This document shows, piece by piece, positions 10,601 to 23,795 of a stretch of DNA of 64,000 nt. A model generated the notes under the pieces. The model did no database searches. It was not told where the DNA came from and saw only the letters and a program-made list of their open reading frames with translations. A program made the translations under genes and the position numbers. Source of the DNA: Octopus vulgaris (lineage: Eukaryota); the NCBI GenBank assembly GCA_951406725.2, contig OX597816.1, positions 150,288,001 through 150,352,000 on the forward strand, in the 5' to 3' direction. Numbering within the stretch: position 1 is the first letter of the stretch; every line of letters starts with the position of its first letter.

Positions 10601-13600
10601 CATAAGCCTGTTCTTTTCTTTAATGGCATGTAAATTTAGAATTTTTGAGATTATCTCCCCTCCTTATATGGAGCTGTCTCAATAATCATTTAGTAAATTA
10701 TGACAAATCCTCTAGAGGTGAAAATAATTTTAATAAATAAAGAATTTAAGTTGTATAATATTTGATACATCTATATTTGTCTATGCTGCTCTTATACATG
10801 CCACTGGCCAATCTGAGCAATTTCTTAGTTAATTTTTGTTCTATATATGGATGTACGTGTAAATGTACGTACACACAAAGAAAGAGAGATGCATACACAC
10901 ACATTACACAATATATATATATGAACAGACGTACATAAATGTATAATCATACATACATACACATATATATATATACATATATACATGTATGTATGTATGC
11001 CTTGTTTATATGTATGTATCTCAGAGTATTGAGTACTCTTATCATTCAACACCTTAGCCCACAACGCTCTTATTCACTTATCTCTATCAGTTTTACCTCT
11101 CCGTAAAGTGGTAGGCGAGCAAGTAGACACGTGGGCTCATAAGGACCTTTTACTCGTGTCGAAGACATCGCTACCAATCTTGTTCTGGCGCCAGAAAAAC
11201 GTGCCCAGCATATCTCTGTAAATGGCAATGTTGTGAGAACCTGTTAGTCTTTATGAAAGACGTGAAGCTACGAAAGATATCTAGTACACTATAAAGGGTT
11301 TGGTGTTAAGAGGGGCATCTTGCCATAAAAAAAAACAAACCAAAAAATAAAAGAAGAAAAATGGAAAGGAAAACCGAGCGACATGCAGTCCACTGACTCG
11401 TGTATGTAACCAGTATCATTCGAATATACGTGACTCCGACAATGGCAATCCGTCCAACCCATACCATCACAGGTTGCGGACAGAAAACGATCAGTAATAT
11501 CTGTTCACATATACATACACATATATATAGCGTATAACACGCACATACTTGCGCACACATACACTTAATATATATAACAGAGACATGGATAACAAATATA
11601 AAACAATACATGTTGAACACGTACACAGCATATTTGTAGATAAATATACAAATAGCATACTAACTATATATGCATATAATATACGTATGTATTCATACAC
11701 ATAAATTTTTGTATGGAATAGAATACGTGTTTGTAGATATGTAATATATAAGGAATAGCAATCGTAATATAGATAGATAGATAGACAGACAGACAGATGT
11801 GCATGTAATATGTTTGTATGCATGTAGTCTTTTATTCGATATGGAACAAGTGTGTGTGAGTTTCTAAGAAACATAACCACACTTCACTTGTCTTGTTTGC
11901 TTCCATTCAAACAGTTTCTTCACAATAACCTTCATTGAGATGCTATCACAAGTAAAATAGAACTCAACTGCCATCGATGCTTTTAAAGGGAGAGTGTGGA
12001 AGATCAGCAGAGAAAGGAAAAAATATATCATAACTTAGAATTCTGATATTGTAAAAGAAGAAAAGAGCAACTGAAGTATTAGTCCAGTCTTCAGCTCTTT
12101 TTATCTTTCTATATTTTACAATCATCTGTCTCTTGTTTTCTTTATTTGGCATTCGTGTTTGATCTCATCTACATACAATTTCTCTTTATCCCAAAGTTTT
12201 TCTCAGTATTCTAATTTCTCTTATGCTCAACTTTTTGACTATCTTTCACTTTCGCATTTCCTTCTGTTCGTGCTTCACTCACCATTCTCGCCATCTTTCC
12301 CAAAGTTAATCTACTTGTGTTTGCATTAACTTAGTAATACACAGCATAACACTTCCATTTATATATTTTCCTTTTCCTCTGATTCCGCATTTGTATTTTC
12401 TTTTTACTATTGCGGTTGAGAGATAGATAGAAAGATAGGTAGAGAGAGAGAGGAAGGATGATTGTCAGTGAGTAGAGAATAAATTGACGAGAGAAACAGA
12501 AAGAGACTGACAGAAAAAGAGAGAAAGCCAAGTATGAGAGAAGAATAAGGAAATCAGAATACGAAAGAGTAAAAACTATAAGTGTATCTATACTATAATA
12601 TAAATAGATTGAAAGAATGAGCTGAGAGGCAAACAGAGAACCAAAAACTATTGCCGTCTAAGTGAAAGAAATATAAAGATGCGGTGAGGCTAAAAAAGGT
12701 ATGACAGTGTAGGGAATGTGGAATCGCAGAGACTTTCAACTTGCGCCTTTATCGCTGTTGCTGTTGACAGCAGTTATGTGAGAGATACCGTTAGGTCAAC
12801 TGGTTTGACATAAAACCACACCACATTCAGCGTTACGTACATGCTTGTTGACCGGTTGAAGGAAAGGGTCTTCTAATGGTACTTCTTTATAGGAATGCTC
12901 AATTTAAAAAGGGGAAAGGGGCAAAGAAAAGCTCTAAAGAACTGAAGTATCGTCTTAAAACCTGAATAGATAGAAACTTGAAGACCGTCTTGTGAGAGAT
13001 TTGTTACGATGCGTGTATGTTTCGGAGAGATAAAGTGTATAACAATACTAAAAAGGCATGATCAACAATAAATAAGTTTTAGATTTTGGGGGAATGAGAA
13101 GTTGTCATGTTCATACCTAGCACTAGAGTCATTAATTAATAAGTAACATAAGCCAAAGCAGTTCTAAATGTGTATAGAAGCAGAATCGCAATCTCGATTT
13201 TAGCAAAGAACTTAAATGTCATCCAAATACAGCACCATCTCCCTCTGTACTCACAAAAATTGTAAATAAAAGCAACATATAACATTTATAATCAATTAGA
13301 AGACAAAGAAGAAGCATCGCTGTGGATAAAGAGTGATTAATAGAAGAAAAACTGGAAGAGATAGAGAAGGAAAGATGAGGCAGAGAAGAGGAAGGAAAGG
13401 ATAGAAGACATGGTAAAAGATTAAGGAAACAAGAGCAAATATTGGTAAATAACAATACTGAACCATAAAATAAATGTATATGAGTGTAATTAGAAAGAAA
13501 GGAAACAGTTCCATTATTGAAGAAAAAATATGCCGTTGTTATTGTTACGTTTTTGTTTTTTGTTTGTTTTTTTTTTTTAATCTCCGCTCACCCTCTTAGT

Positions 13601-13622
13601 TCTTTCAAAGAAAGTGCCATAC

Positions 13623-13644
13623 CTGCATCTTGAATAGTAGCCAT
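13623..13644 (-). CDS. Candidate first coding exon (MATIQDA+G) of an unidentified divergently transcribed gene
   Basis: Minus strand reads ataataATGGCTACTATTCAAGATGCAG|gtatgg: good start context, CAG|GTATG donor, inside the CpG-retaining region. Too short to identify. Confidence 0.45.
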
Positions 13645-13819
13645 TATTATACAGTGGAAAAACCCTGGGCGATTATATTTTAAGTGAGAAGGAAACCTTC
13701 TTAGCCACGACTCTCGTCCATTTTTCTGGCTATCACGGAATTTACTTGTTATCCGGGCTCTTGCTTCATAATATTTCCAGATATATTTCTGACATTTTCC
13801 CCTAGAATCTCTCTTCTCT

Positions 13820-13908
13820 GCCCTGCGCTGTTTCTGTTTCTACTTCGGTGAAAGAAGGAAAACAGGCGGAGAGAGGCTCAGAGAAAGAGAAGGAAATCAG
13901 TACTGAAG
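13820..13908 (+). other. Candidate non-coding 5'UTR exon of DCP1
   Basis: Donor-like GAAG|GTAGGG at 13909. A matching acceptor (T-rich tract + ttcAG) at 16329-16330 lies 93 nt upstream of the DCP1 ATG. The start coordinate is a guess. Confidence 0.3.
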
Positions 13909-16423
13909 GTAGGGGAGGGTGTGTCTATATGCGAGAGTAAATGAGAAAGTAAGATAATAACAGAGTGGAGTGGATGTGAAAAGAGTGATAATGACAGAGA
14001 GGGAGTGGGTGTGAGAGAAAAATAATGACACATACGGAGCGGATGAAATAACGATAGAAAGAAATGAAAGACTTGATGAACGCGAGAGCGAGAGATAAAA
14101 ACGAAAGAGTAAGTGAAGTAGTAAGAGAGGCAGAGCGAAAGTGAGGATGAGTGGTTGGAACTAAAAGGTTAGCGGGGATGATAGCAGCAAGAGATGTAAA
14201 ATCATATATATATATATACATATATAAATATATATATATTTGTATGTATGTTTGTATGCGTGAGTGAGTGAAAGTATGGCTAGATGGATGTTTGTATGTG
14301 GCTACGAGTATGTTTGTGTGTAAATGTGTGAAAGATGGGGAGAGCGGAAATTATATATAAGGACTTAGGTGTGAGGTAGAAAAAAAATACAGTAAAATAT
14401 ATGAGAAAAGAAAAGGTGAGGGAGTTACAAATGGTAAAACGGTAAGAAAAAGTAATGGATAAAAAGTGCTAGAGTTTAAGAGAAAAAAAGCGCAAATGCG
14501 AAAGGGATAAGAAGTGATAATAAAAATGATGATAACTTGCTGATATTACTTTTATATTTAGAAGAATAAATTTTTAATTTATTCTTATAAATATAAGACA
14601 ATTATGATAGAAAGAAAATAGGAAATTTTAAAGATGTGTAAGAAAAGAAAGCTATACCAAATTTTATAGAAAAAAGTAAGACGTGGAGAGAATGAAGGCG
14701 GAAAGGAAGTTAGTTGAAGAGTTTTTGCAAGGTGAAAACAACCATAACAACAACTATAATGCAAAAATATGAAGAAATAAATAATTAATCAAAACAAAAT
14801 AGAAAGCTAAGCAGTTCAAATATGAAATTTTTGTAACTCGAACGTATAGATCCAGTGCTAAATTTTCGCATTTATTTGGTGATGAAGTAGGAAGCAAAAT
14901 TTAGCGAAGATGAGGTGGATAGAAAGGATAGTGATAATGAAAAAGAAAAAAAAATAAGGAAACAGAAAAGAGAAATACTAAGATCATTTAGTCAAACACT
15001 TATGGAAGTGTTGGAGGAAATGTGATTTGATCAGTTGACAGAGAATGAAGAATGAGTTAATAGTAAGAATCTGTTGATTTTACGCACAAGTAGACACACC
15101 AAGCTCTATTCTCTTCCCCCACCATGTAGACAATTGTCTTCATTGCTAACATTCATCATCATCCTCATAATCTTTATATCACCAAGATAATATCACCATC
15201 AGCATCAACACTGTCCTTCCTCCCACTCATCATTATCATCAGCAACAGCGCCAGTATTACTTTTCTCTTAAACATCTGTGTTGATGGATCTAAGATGCAG
15301 TATTACGTTAGCTATATATATAAATTTGTTCCTACAGAATTAAGTTTGTAGCGTGAAGCACACATACATAGACGTACGTACACACATTTATGCAGAAATA
15401 TAGATATTTAATTTATTTATGAGGAAATTTTTTAAATCTTAGAGCGGAAAAATCATGAATTAAGAGAAGGCGAGTGGTTGTGTTCTGTGTGTGAATAAAA
15501 AAAGAGAAAGAATAGGTATGAGTGTGCATATATGTAAATGCACTTTCGAGGTATGTTTGTTATGTGCAAGTGAAAGATAAAAGCAGTAATTTTGTGCGTT
15601 TGTATGTTTGCGCACCTTAGCGTATGTGCGACTATATGTGTTTAAGGGGAGTAAGCGAATGAAAGGGAAAGAGAAAGTGTGTTTGTATGAAGTACTCCGC
15701 TATGCATTTACACGAGAAAATATGCGAACGTCAACCTACAGGTGTGTGAATGTAAATATGTGGTATATGAATATTCAGTGATGTTTATTGACAAGCGAAG
15801 AACTACAGTTGTTAAATTTTATTTGCTTAACTTCATTGTTGAAAGAACATGACAAATTTGGCATTTGCGCGGACCTTTGACCATAAATGTCTTAGCTGCT
15901 TATACATTACAATTTTGTGGTCGAAATAAATTAATTGAATTAACAGCATATTCATTATATCTAATTTTCTTTATTTTCTGTCTTGTTTTCGCCTGTAACT
16001 CTTCCTCACTGTTGCGTTTCAGTATATCACAATTATATTTTTTACTTTTTATATTGACGGCTTAAATGAATTAGGAAAATTTTTACGTTAAAGAAGATAC
16101 TTTATCAAACACGAAAATATTTAATTTAATCTTTATCAGTCAGTCATTTTTAATGGTAAATTTCTTTGAAGTATCATATTACATGTAATTAGGAAATAAT
16201 AATTATCTGCTTTGAAATTGTGCAGTCGATTCATTTATTTACGTGGTCTTTTTTATCCTATCAAATCTTAGGAACATGAGTGAGCCCGTATATATCACTT
16301 TGCATGTGTTTTTATTTTTATGATATTCAGTGCGGGGGTGCTGTATCTTCTGCCTTCGGCTCGTTTGTCTTTCTTTCCATCCATCTATCTTTTTAAGTCA
16401 AGGCAGTGTTTTGACATCTTAGA

Positions 16424-16699
16424 ATGTCACTGTCCATTGCTCCTTCAGCTCTATCTGCAGCGACTGCAACAACAGCGAACGCCTCCTCTAATACCAGTGG
16501 TACCTTCTTTCATTGCTCAGCCGACCGTAGTAGTAAGACTTCTGCTACGAGTGGTTCCAATCCTGTCGGAGATTCTTCAGGTGCCGAAAGTCGCATGAAC
16601 TTAGCAGCATTGCTGCAACGGGATCCTTACATTACGGACATAGTGGACACTGCGAAACAAGTGGCTCTCTACCTGTTTAATCCCAAGAATAGTGAGTGG
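16424..16699 (+). CDS. DCP1: First coding exon of mRNA-decapping enzyme subunit 1 (DCP1A/B-like; start of the EVH1 domain)
   Basis: Translation ends ...MNLAALLQRDPYITDIVDTAKQVALYLFNPKNSEW, which aligns with human DCP1A MSLAALKQHDPYITSIADLTGQVALYTFCPKANQW. Similarity stops at a canonical phase-0 donor TGG|GTAAGT (GT at 16700-16701), as I recall the same intron position as in vertebrate DCP1. 276 nt = 92 codons. Confidence 0.93.
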
Positions 16700-17246
16700 G
16701 TAAGTCTTGTAAAGTGCTGTTCAAACTGTTTCAAAGATAGACATTATTATTAGCGTTATCTACTCCAGCATCATGTATTTTGTTTATTTATCAATGTTGT
16801 TGTTGCTGTTTTCATTTAGCTCTACCTTAAGTTGCTCGTTTACGTAATTTGTCACAAATGACATCAATGTTGTTTTCCATCGTTAGAATTTGAAATGTTT
16901 GCTTTTTTTATTCCTCCTTTCATTTCATCTATTTATTTAATTTACCTTGTTACAATGACGTCATGTTGTCGCCAGTCGTTTATGCTGACATAAACTTCTT
17001 CGCCTGTATTAACAACCGGTCATGCTATGTTCATTTGTCAATATAGAGTGCGGTTCCTAATTGAACTTCACATCATTTAGTCACCTGTTTAACTTACCGA
17101 TCTGTTATAACTATTATTTCTGTCTCTAGGTGATAAAACTACACTGTCTGCTTTTAAATGTTACGAAGAGGCTTTATTTTCTTTTAGTAAGCATTAATAA
17201 ATTAACATTTATTGTGTTTGTGCGTGCGTGTGTGTGTGTGTGTGTG

Positions 17247-17287
<41 letters not shown>

Positions 17288-17850
17288 TATTTCTTGTTTG
17301 CACTCCGCATAGACTCTAATATCTCCACATATTTATGGTTTTATTATATTAACTTTTTGCTCACTGGACGTGTTCAAACTCTCCCACTGAATCCCATGCC
17401 ATTTAATATGCCTTGTTTGTTAATATGTTTTCAATGAAATTCGAAAGATTATGGTAAATCGATGTTATTATTCACCGAAAATTTCTTAATCACTTCCAAC
17501 AAATCAAAAACATAAAAAATCACAAATCTTAGTCAAAAATGTTCATGCTTCATGAAAATCGATGAAAATGTAAACAAAATCAAACATTTATAAGTTCTGT
17601 ATTAATATTATTATTTCGAATCTTTGAGTTTTTAAAAAGAAATCCTTAACGTGTAAGAATTTTTTTAATTAATTCACACTGTAAGAAGTAACTCGTTCCA
17701 TACATTAAAAGAACTATTTTTGTTTTGCATTAAATCTACTATAATGTTGGGCTTTAATTTTTAAGCTTTTGATAAACCTGTGTTATAAGTTATGCACGTT
17801 GTCAAAAGTCTGGCTGTTTTACAATATTCCAGTGTTCCATATTTAGTGCA

Positions 17851-17909
<59 letters not shown>

Positions 17910-20286
17910 GATGTACTGTTCCGTGATAGAAAATTCAACATATATGGTAATCTTTCGATTTACCACACACATAAATAAATAAATAAATAAAGCATCGCAC
18001 CTGTGTATTTTATATCTTTTTTTTAGTAAAGGAGTTGCGTGTCAGAATCATCACTGACATCTTTCATACTCTTGAGAAAGGCATAAACCTCACAACCTTA
18101 ATAATTTCTTCAGACTGTTAACATTTACTATATTTTCTCAAATAAATTTGATTTCGAACGTTACACATACACGCCTATGTACAAATTTTTACACACACAC
18201 ACATCCACATCTATAACACCTGACACGCGCGCACACTGTAAAAATTTTTCCAAGTATCACAAGACTCATGTTTTCATATATTTTACCAAAATTTGCAGTA
18301 TTTATTTTATGTAGGTTGTACGAAAAGATTAGTCCCTTTTGATATGAAAACTTCTTTTTATCAAAGAGAAACTAACTATTATTTCATTTTGACTTGTTAA
18401 ACCTTATATGTTTCTTGATTCCAATATCTAAAATTATTTTGGAACATTAACATGAAACAGATGGAAGAACTGTATGTCTGATAATTCTAACTAAAAATTA
18501 TAGACATGTTAGCTTTAGATCCAATCTTTACAAAGTTTGTACAGTATGTATAAGTTATTATTATTTGGACTTCTCAAATCGCCTATGAGCACAACATCCA
18601 AGGAAAATATTTTCTGAAATACTATTAATTGGCTCACAGTGGTAAGCTCTCTTCATATGTAGATCCAGATTGTATATTCCTCACCAAGCTCAGTATATTA
18701 AGATTACTGTGATTTGTTCTCATCACGAGTAGATCCAGGGTACTCATTGTAGGGTATGCTGTCCTTACTTAACAAAATAGATACATAGTTTATTTTGATA
18801 TCTATATGACTAATAAATCATGCTACTCCAAAGAAACATGTATTAACAATTAAACTTAAATCCATTTCCCATCTACTATGCTGTTAGAGCAAAGATCTGT
18901 GGTATATATTATCTAAAGATAGTGTTGAGCTGATTGGATCTGGCTTGCTTAGGAGGAAATTAAACTGTAATGACATTGTCAAAGTAAAGATTTACATTTT
19001 TCTAGGTCATCTGATTGATGTTAATTTTATTAGTTAAGCTAAGTTGATTCAGTCTTGTAATGTCATGAAATATTGTCAACTAACTTAAGTGGATCCAAAA
19101 GAGTGAAATGGTTTTGACATTTTTAGTGCTGTAAGGATTTATTTCTTCAAACAGACCCATACCATAAGTTGAGTTTATTACTTGTTAGTAGCACCAAACT
19201 TTAACATCTCAACTTCAGCTGAGAAAGATATAATTGATTTAGGCTGACTCCAAATAAGGCATGTCATTGTATGTTTTCCTCATAGAGAGGCAGGTTAGAA
19301 TGATGCTAACTGAATTTCCATCTTTCAAATGTATGTAATGTTTCATCCCTAGTAAAATTTTAACTCATTAATCCAATATAAAGTGTTCCTACTAATCACA
19401 GTTGCAAACTATTTCTTCATGGTACATATTTATAACTAAAGAGAAAATACTTGAAAAATAAAGGTCTTCTTGAGAGACACTGTATAGGTAAGCCTTTATC
19501 AAAGTATTTCATATTCTCTTAATTTCTAGCCACAGCTGCTGATTTTAAAAGCAGCAAACTGTTAGTTAATATAGCACTACTTAATAAAATTGCTTGATGC
19601 AATATGATATCAAGTTCTTTCTTCTGAACTCATTGAATCCAACTTATATTGTGGGCTACACAGATGAAGTTTTATCACCATCATATGTAGTGTGGGTTTG
19701 ACTAGATCCAATGAACCAGGGGACTGCATGAAACTCCAACATCTACAGCTGGATGCCATCCTCATATATACTACCTTACAAAGCGTACTAGATGCTTCTT
19801 TTCATGACTGACTAATGAGGTTGTCAAATAACTTGCAGGACAAAGAAAATGGCCTCTTGACTGAATGGGGTTGTGGCAAGTATTGAGAGGCTAAATTATG
19901 ATAAAGGGACAGTAACAAGTATCTTGCTATAGAAGAAATATATGGCTGCCTTGCATTGCATAGGGTTGGAGTAGCTGGAATGAAATAACGATGATGTTAA
20001 CAAAGTATCAAAATGTACTCTCAAGGGACTAGAAGATGAGTATAAGAGAGAATAAATACTGAGGACTGGGATACATGAGTGGATAAATTCATGAGAATGA
20101 CAGATGGTTAATGATGAGTATAGAGTTGAATGTAGTGAATGGAACAAAGATTGAGGTGTGGTTGATCATAAAATATCAGTTTGGGGAGAGGGAAGGTGAA
20201 AGAAATTGGAGTGGTTTGGTAAGGAGTAGGTGATATGCAACAGTACTGAAGGATGGAATGCAGTGGTATAATAAACATGTAGATAA

Positions 20287-20620
20287 GGTGCATGGCTCAG
20301 TGGTTAGAGCATTGGGCCCACAGTCATGAGGTAGTGAGTTCGATTCCTGGACCAGGCTAAGCATTGTGTTCTTGAGCAAGACACTTTATTTCATGTCACT
20401 CCAGTTCACTCAGCCATAGAAATGAGTTGCGACATCACTGGTGCCAAGCTGTATCAGCCTTTGCCTTTCCCTTGCATAACATCGGTGGTGTGAAGAGGGG
20501 AGACTGGTATGTATAGGTGACTGCTGGTCTTCTATAAACAACCTTGCCTGGACGTGTGTCTTGGAGGGGAACTTTCTAGATGGAATCCCATGGTCATTCA
20601 TGACTGAACGGTGTCATTAT
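20287..20620 (+). mobile_element. Family D tRNA-derived SINE
   Basis: A box tggctcagtggttagagc, B box gagttcgattcc, then tgtgttcttgagcaagacacttt (V/CORE-type central motif). Related head at 55685-55810. Confidence 0.82.
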
Positions 20621-20914
20621 CTCTAGATCAGAAAATAGGAAGATGACATGCAGATTGGGAGAAAGGTGGGGGGAGGTTCCTGACTGCAGAATTGAGAGGG
20701 TTTATATCAATCTGTAAAAGTAAAAATTATTCATTTTCTTAAATGATTTTTTATAGTCCTAATTCAGCCATGAAACGTATGTAGTCAATGTACTGACTTT
20801 TATACATTATATTATTGTATTAATTTTTATTGTTCAATTGATATTTTATTTGACTTTAGATCATTATTTTTGTGATGAATGTTTCTTTGTATGGGATTCA
20901 CTGTGATCAAACTC

Positions 20915-21370
20915 GGTGACTAGCATATGTTGCTAGTGGAGCGCTAAGAGTACCATACGAGTGAGATCGTTGCAAGAGCAACAAGCTGGCCTTCGTGCCG
21001 ATGGCACGTTAAACACACCATTCGAGCATGATCGTTACTACGTCGCCTTACTAGCACTTGTGCTGGTGGCACATGAAAAAAAAACATTTGAGCGAGGTCG
21101 TCGCTAGTGCCTCTGGACTGGCTCCTGTGCAGGTGGCACATAAAAAGCACCATTTGAGCATGGCCGTTGCCAGTACCACCAAACTAGCCCTCGTGCTGGT
21201 GACATGCAAAAGCACCCACTACACTCTTGGAGTGATTGGTGTTAGGAAGGGCATCCAGCTGTAGAAACTCTGCCAGATCAGATTGGAGTCTAGTTCACCC
21301 GACCTCAGTCAAATCGTCCAACCCATGCTAGCATGGAAAGCGGATGTTAAACGATGATGATGATGATGAT
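20915..21370 (+). mobile_element. Family A retroposon copy
   Basis: Tandem units plus aggaagggcatccagctgtagaaac plus ttaaacgatgatgatgat tail. Confidence 0.88.
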
Positions 21371-21711
21371 ATTATATGATTGGAATAATCTTACTGTTCA
21401 ATATTATATATTATTAAAATTTTAGATTAGCATTTTGTATGGTATATGTCTCACAGCATGGTTTTGGACGCGTTCTTCATTGATTGAGTTGTGGAATGGT
21501 GGTTTGTCTCTAAGTTAGTTATCATTATCATCATCATAGTTATATATATATATATATATAGTGTAGTTTCATTATTGATGGGATCAATGAAAAAAGTATC
21601 GCATTCTGTGAGAGATAAATATCATCTAATATACAGGATTTAGTAGTAGTTTTCTGGAAATGTGTATGGTTTAGGAGTTAGTGTTTTTGATGATCATGTA
21701 TAGCATGCCAT

Positions 21712-21888
21712 CACTAGTGGAGCTAGAGTGTGTGCTGCCCAGAGTAACCCTTCCATTTCCTGGACCCCACAAAAAACACATATTACCTACATCAGACCCA
21801 AAAGTGCTGCCCCTTTAAAAGTGCTGCCCCTTTAAAAGTGCTGCCCGGGGTGGACTGCCCCTACTGTAAACCCCCTAGTGCATGCCAT
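21712..21888. mobile_element. Small GC-rich MITE-like element with internal tandem repeat
   Basis: Three aaaagtgctgccc units at 21801-21847, GC-rich against the background; ends poorly defined. Confidence 0.45.
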
Positions 21889-22475
21889 GTACTATTGTGA
21901 AATCTTTCAGGCTCAAAATGCAACATGGCATGTATTTTGAATTTGAAAGATTGCACAGTAGTATGTGGCATACTATACAAGTTCGTCCACTGTTGCACTA
22001 TCAGGGCATGAAAGTTAATGCAGCTCATAATCAAATCCTTTGTATATTAAATGATTTAATATAGAGTATGTATGTTTGTGGTAGTGACTGGTAATATGTG
22101 GTTCTCTAGGAGACCCACCTAACTTAGCGAAGCCAAGTTGTGGAAGTGCTGTACATTTGGGCCATTTGCCCAATTTCCTTCTCCAAAGTACTCACCATCC
22201 TTCATCTCTAATTGCATCTTTTACTTGATACCACTAATCTTTCTCACTACTTGGAGCCATTTCACTTCATATTCATCTTTCATTCTTAATATTGCCCTCC
22301 ACCCACATTTTACATTGATCCCTTCCCTCACAGACACCTCACCTTTTTCACCACCATACATCTTTCACTATCCCCATGCAGTGCTCTCCCACCCCCTCAC
22401 TCTCACAACTTGTAGAAATATTCATCATCTCTTTCTCTTCCTCTCTGTCTTTCTTTCTCTCTCCTCTTTCATGTA

Positions 22476-22692
22476 CAAGGGGGTGCAGAAAAGTTCCTGG
22501 CTTTGGGTAAAAGAAAATACAGGAAGATCACTTAATTATGATTTTATTCAATATATACCCCTCTCAGATTCATACATTTATTGGAGTGATACTTCAGTCT
22601 TTTTCAGCTCTGTAAAAGAACTCAGAAGGCCGGGCCTCCAACCAGGCCTTTCATGACTCACTTAAAACCAGGAACTTTTCAGCACACCTTTG
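22476..22692. mobile_element. Mariner-type MITE
   Basis: TIRs caagggggtgcagaaaagttcctggcttt / aaaaccaggaacttttcagcacacctttg, with TA on both flanks. Confidence 0.82.
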
Positions 22693-22723
22693 TATTCACT
22701 TTGTCATTATTACTATTTTGCTA

Positions 22724-22938
22724 AGGCAGCGAGCTTGCAGAAACGTTACCATGCCAGGCGAAATGCTTATTGGTATTTCATTCATCTTTACGTTCTGAGT
22801 TCAAATTCTGCTGAGGTCAACTTAGCCTTTCATTCTTTTGGGGGTCAATAAATTAAATACCAGTTGCATACTGGAGTCAATCTAATCAGCTGGCCTCCTC
22901 CCCGAAATTTTGGGCCTTGTGCCTAGAGTAGAAAAGAT
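22724..22938 (+). mobile_element. Family B SINE, full length, with apparent TSD
   Basis: Head ggcagcgagcttgcagaaacgtt...gagttcaaattc, core, tail ggccttgtgcctagagtagaaaag; flanked on both sides by attattactattttgcta. Confidence 0.88.
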
Positions 22939-23616
22939 TATTACTATTTTGCTACTCTCCTTCCCCATACATTATTGGTCACCCTTTACCCCTTAATTCC
23001 TATTTGCTCCATCCATCACTCTGCCCAGTCTCTATAGTTGTCACCACTCCTACTTATTAGCTACTCAACACTTATTCTTCATTCATTATACTTATTCCCT
23101 CACCCATTTCCCATCTCTTGGTCTGCTGTAAACACTTGCAACCATTACCTACCCACATTCCCAGTTCTTTCACCCCCATTCACTTGTACCTTGAGGATCC
23201 ACACAGACACCTTATTACCACCAGTTTTATCCCTATCTTGTTCCATCCCAATCATCCCCGCTATCTTTTTTTCTAAAACGTGAATAACCATGTAGCTTCT
23301 TTACAGTAAGAGACTTGTTTTACTCTGGGCTCTTCTCTCATACTTTAACCACTCATGCATAAAGTCATCTCCACCTCAGGGGTTGTAGTCTCCCAAGCTG
23401 CATGGCAACCTCACGAGTGCACTAGACCTCACATTACAGTACACACTGTAATGTTGGTGTAAGGAAGGGCATCCATTTGTAGAAACCATTTCAAAACAGA
23501 CACTAGAACAAGATGCAGTTATTGAGCCCGTCAAACCTTTCGACCCATGTCAGCATGGGGCATGGGTTTATGGTGATAATTTCAGAGAGAGAGGGGATGG
23601 CATCTATATTATAGAG

Positions 23617-23795
23617 CAGTGGTTTTCAACAAGGGTTCCGCAAGAAGTTACAAAACTGCTAAAATCGGCAGTAATTTTTAAGTCTCCTGTGCAGATATGT
23701 GTGCATAAGACTATTAAATTATTGCACAGGGGTTCCTCGAGCAAGTGGAATGTTTCCTTGGAGTTCCGCTCCAGCAAAAAGTTTGAAAAGCACTG
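23617..23795. mobile_element. hAT (Charlie-like) MITE
   Basis: TIRs cagtggttttcaa / ttgaaaagcactg with a perfect 8-bp TSD TTATAGAG (23609-23616, 23796-23803). Confidence 0.9.

Larger units (their letters stand above)
10850..18250. promoter_or_regulatory. CpG-retaining (probably unmethylated) promoter/5' region, putative bidirectional promoter core ~13650-13910
   Basis: By eye, CG dinucleotides are much more frequent here than in the flanking CpG-depleted introns. The region is largely free of young SINEs, contains the DCP1 start exon, and has outward-facing donors at 13621-13622 (-) and 13909-13910 (+). Confidence 0.6.

Noticed and set aside
9447-11880. Multiple 60-140 aa ORFs rich in Y/I/H/T/C/V
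   Set aside because: Products of (TA)n, (CA)n and (TACA)n microsatellites and SINE sequence.
11880-12110. Short minus-strand ORF (MAVEFYFTCDSISMKVIVKKLFEWKQ..) and a small hairpin at 12061-12101
   Set aside because: No recognisable homology or convincing splice sites; the hairpin stem is too short for a pre-miRNA.
16320-16598. Overlapping 92-aa ORF upstream of DCP1
   Set aside because: Alternative frame of the same exon; its ATG lies upstream of the putative acceptor at 16330 and it has no recognisable homology.
16700-16753. C-terminal part of ORF 16424-16753 (VSLVKCC...)
   Set aside because: Read-through into the intron past the GTAAGT donor; homology ends at W92.
20287-20370. tRNA-like sequence
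   Set aside because: Imperfect cloverleaf that continues into a SINE body; a SINE head, not a tRNA gene. The same applies to the other A/B-box hits.
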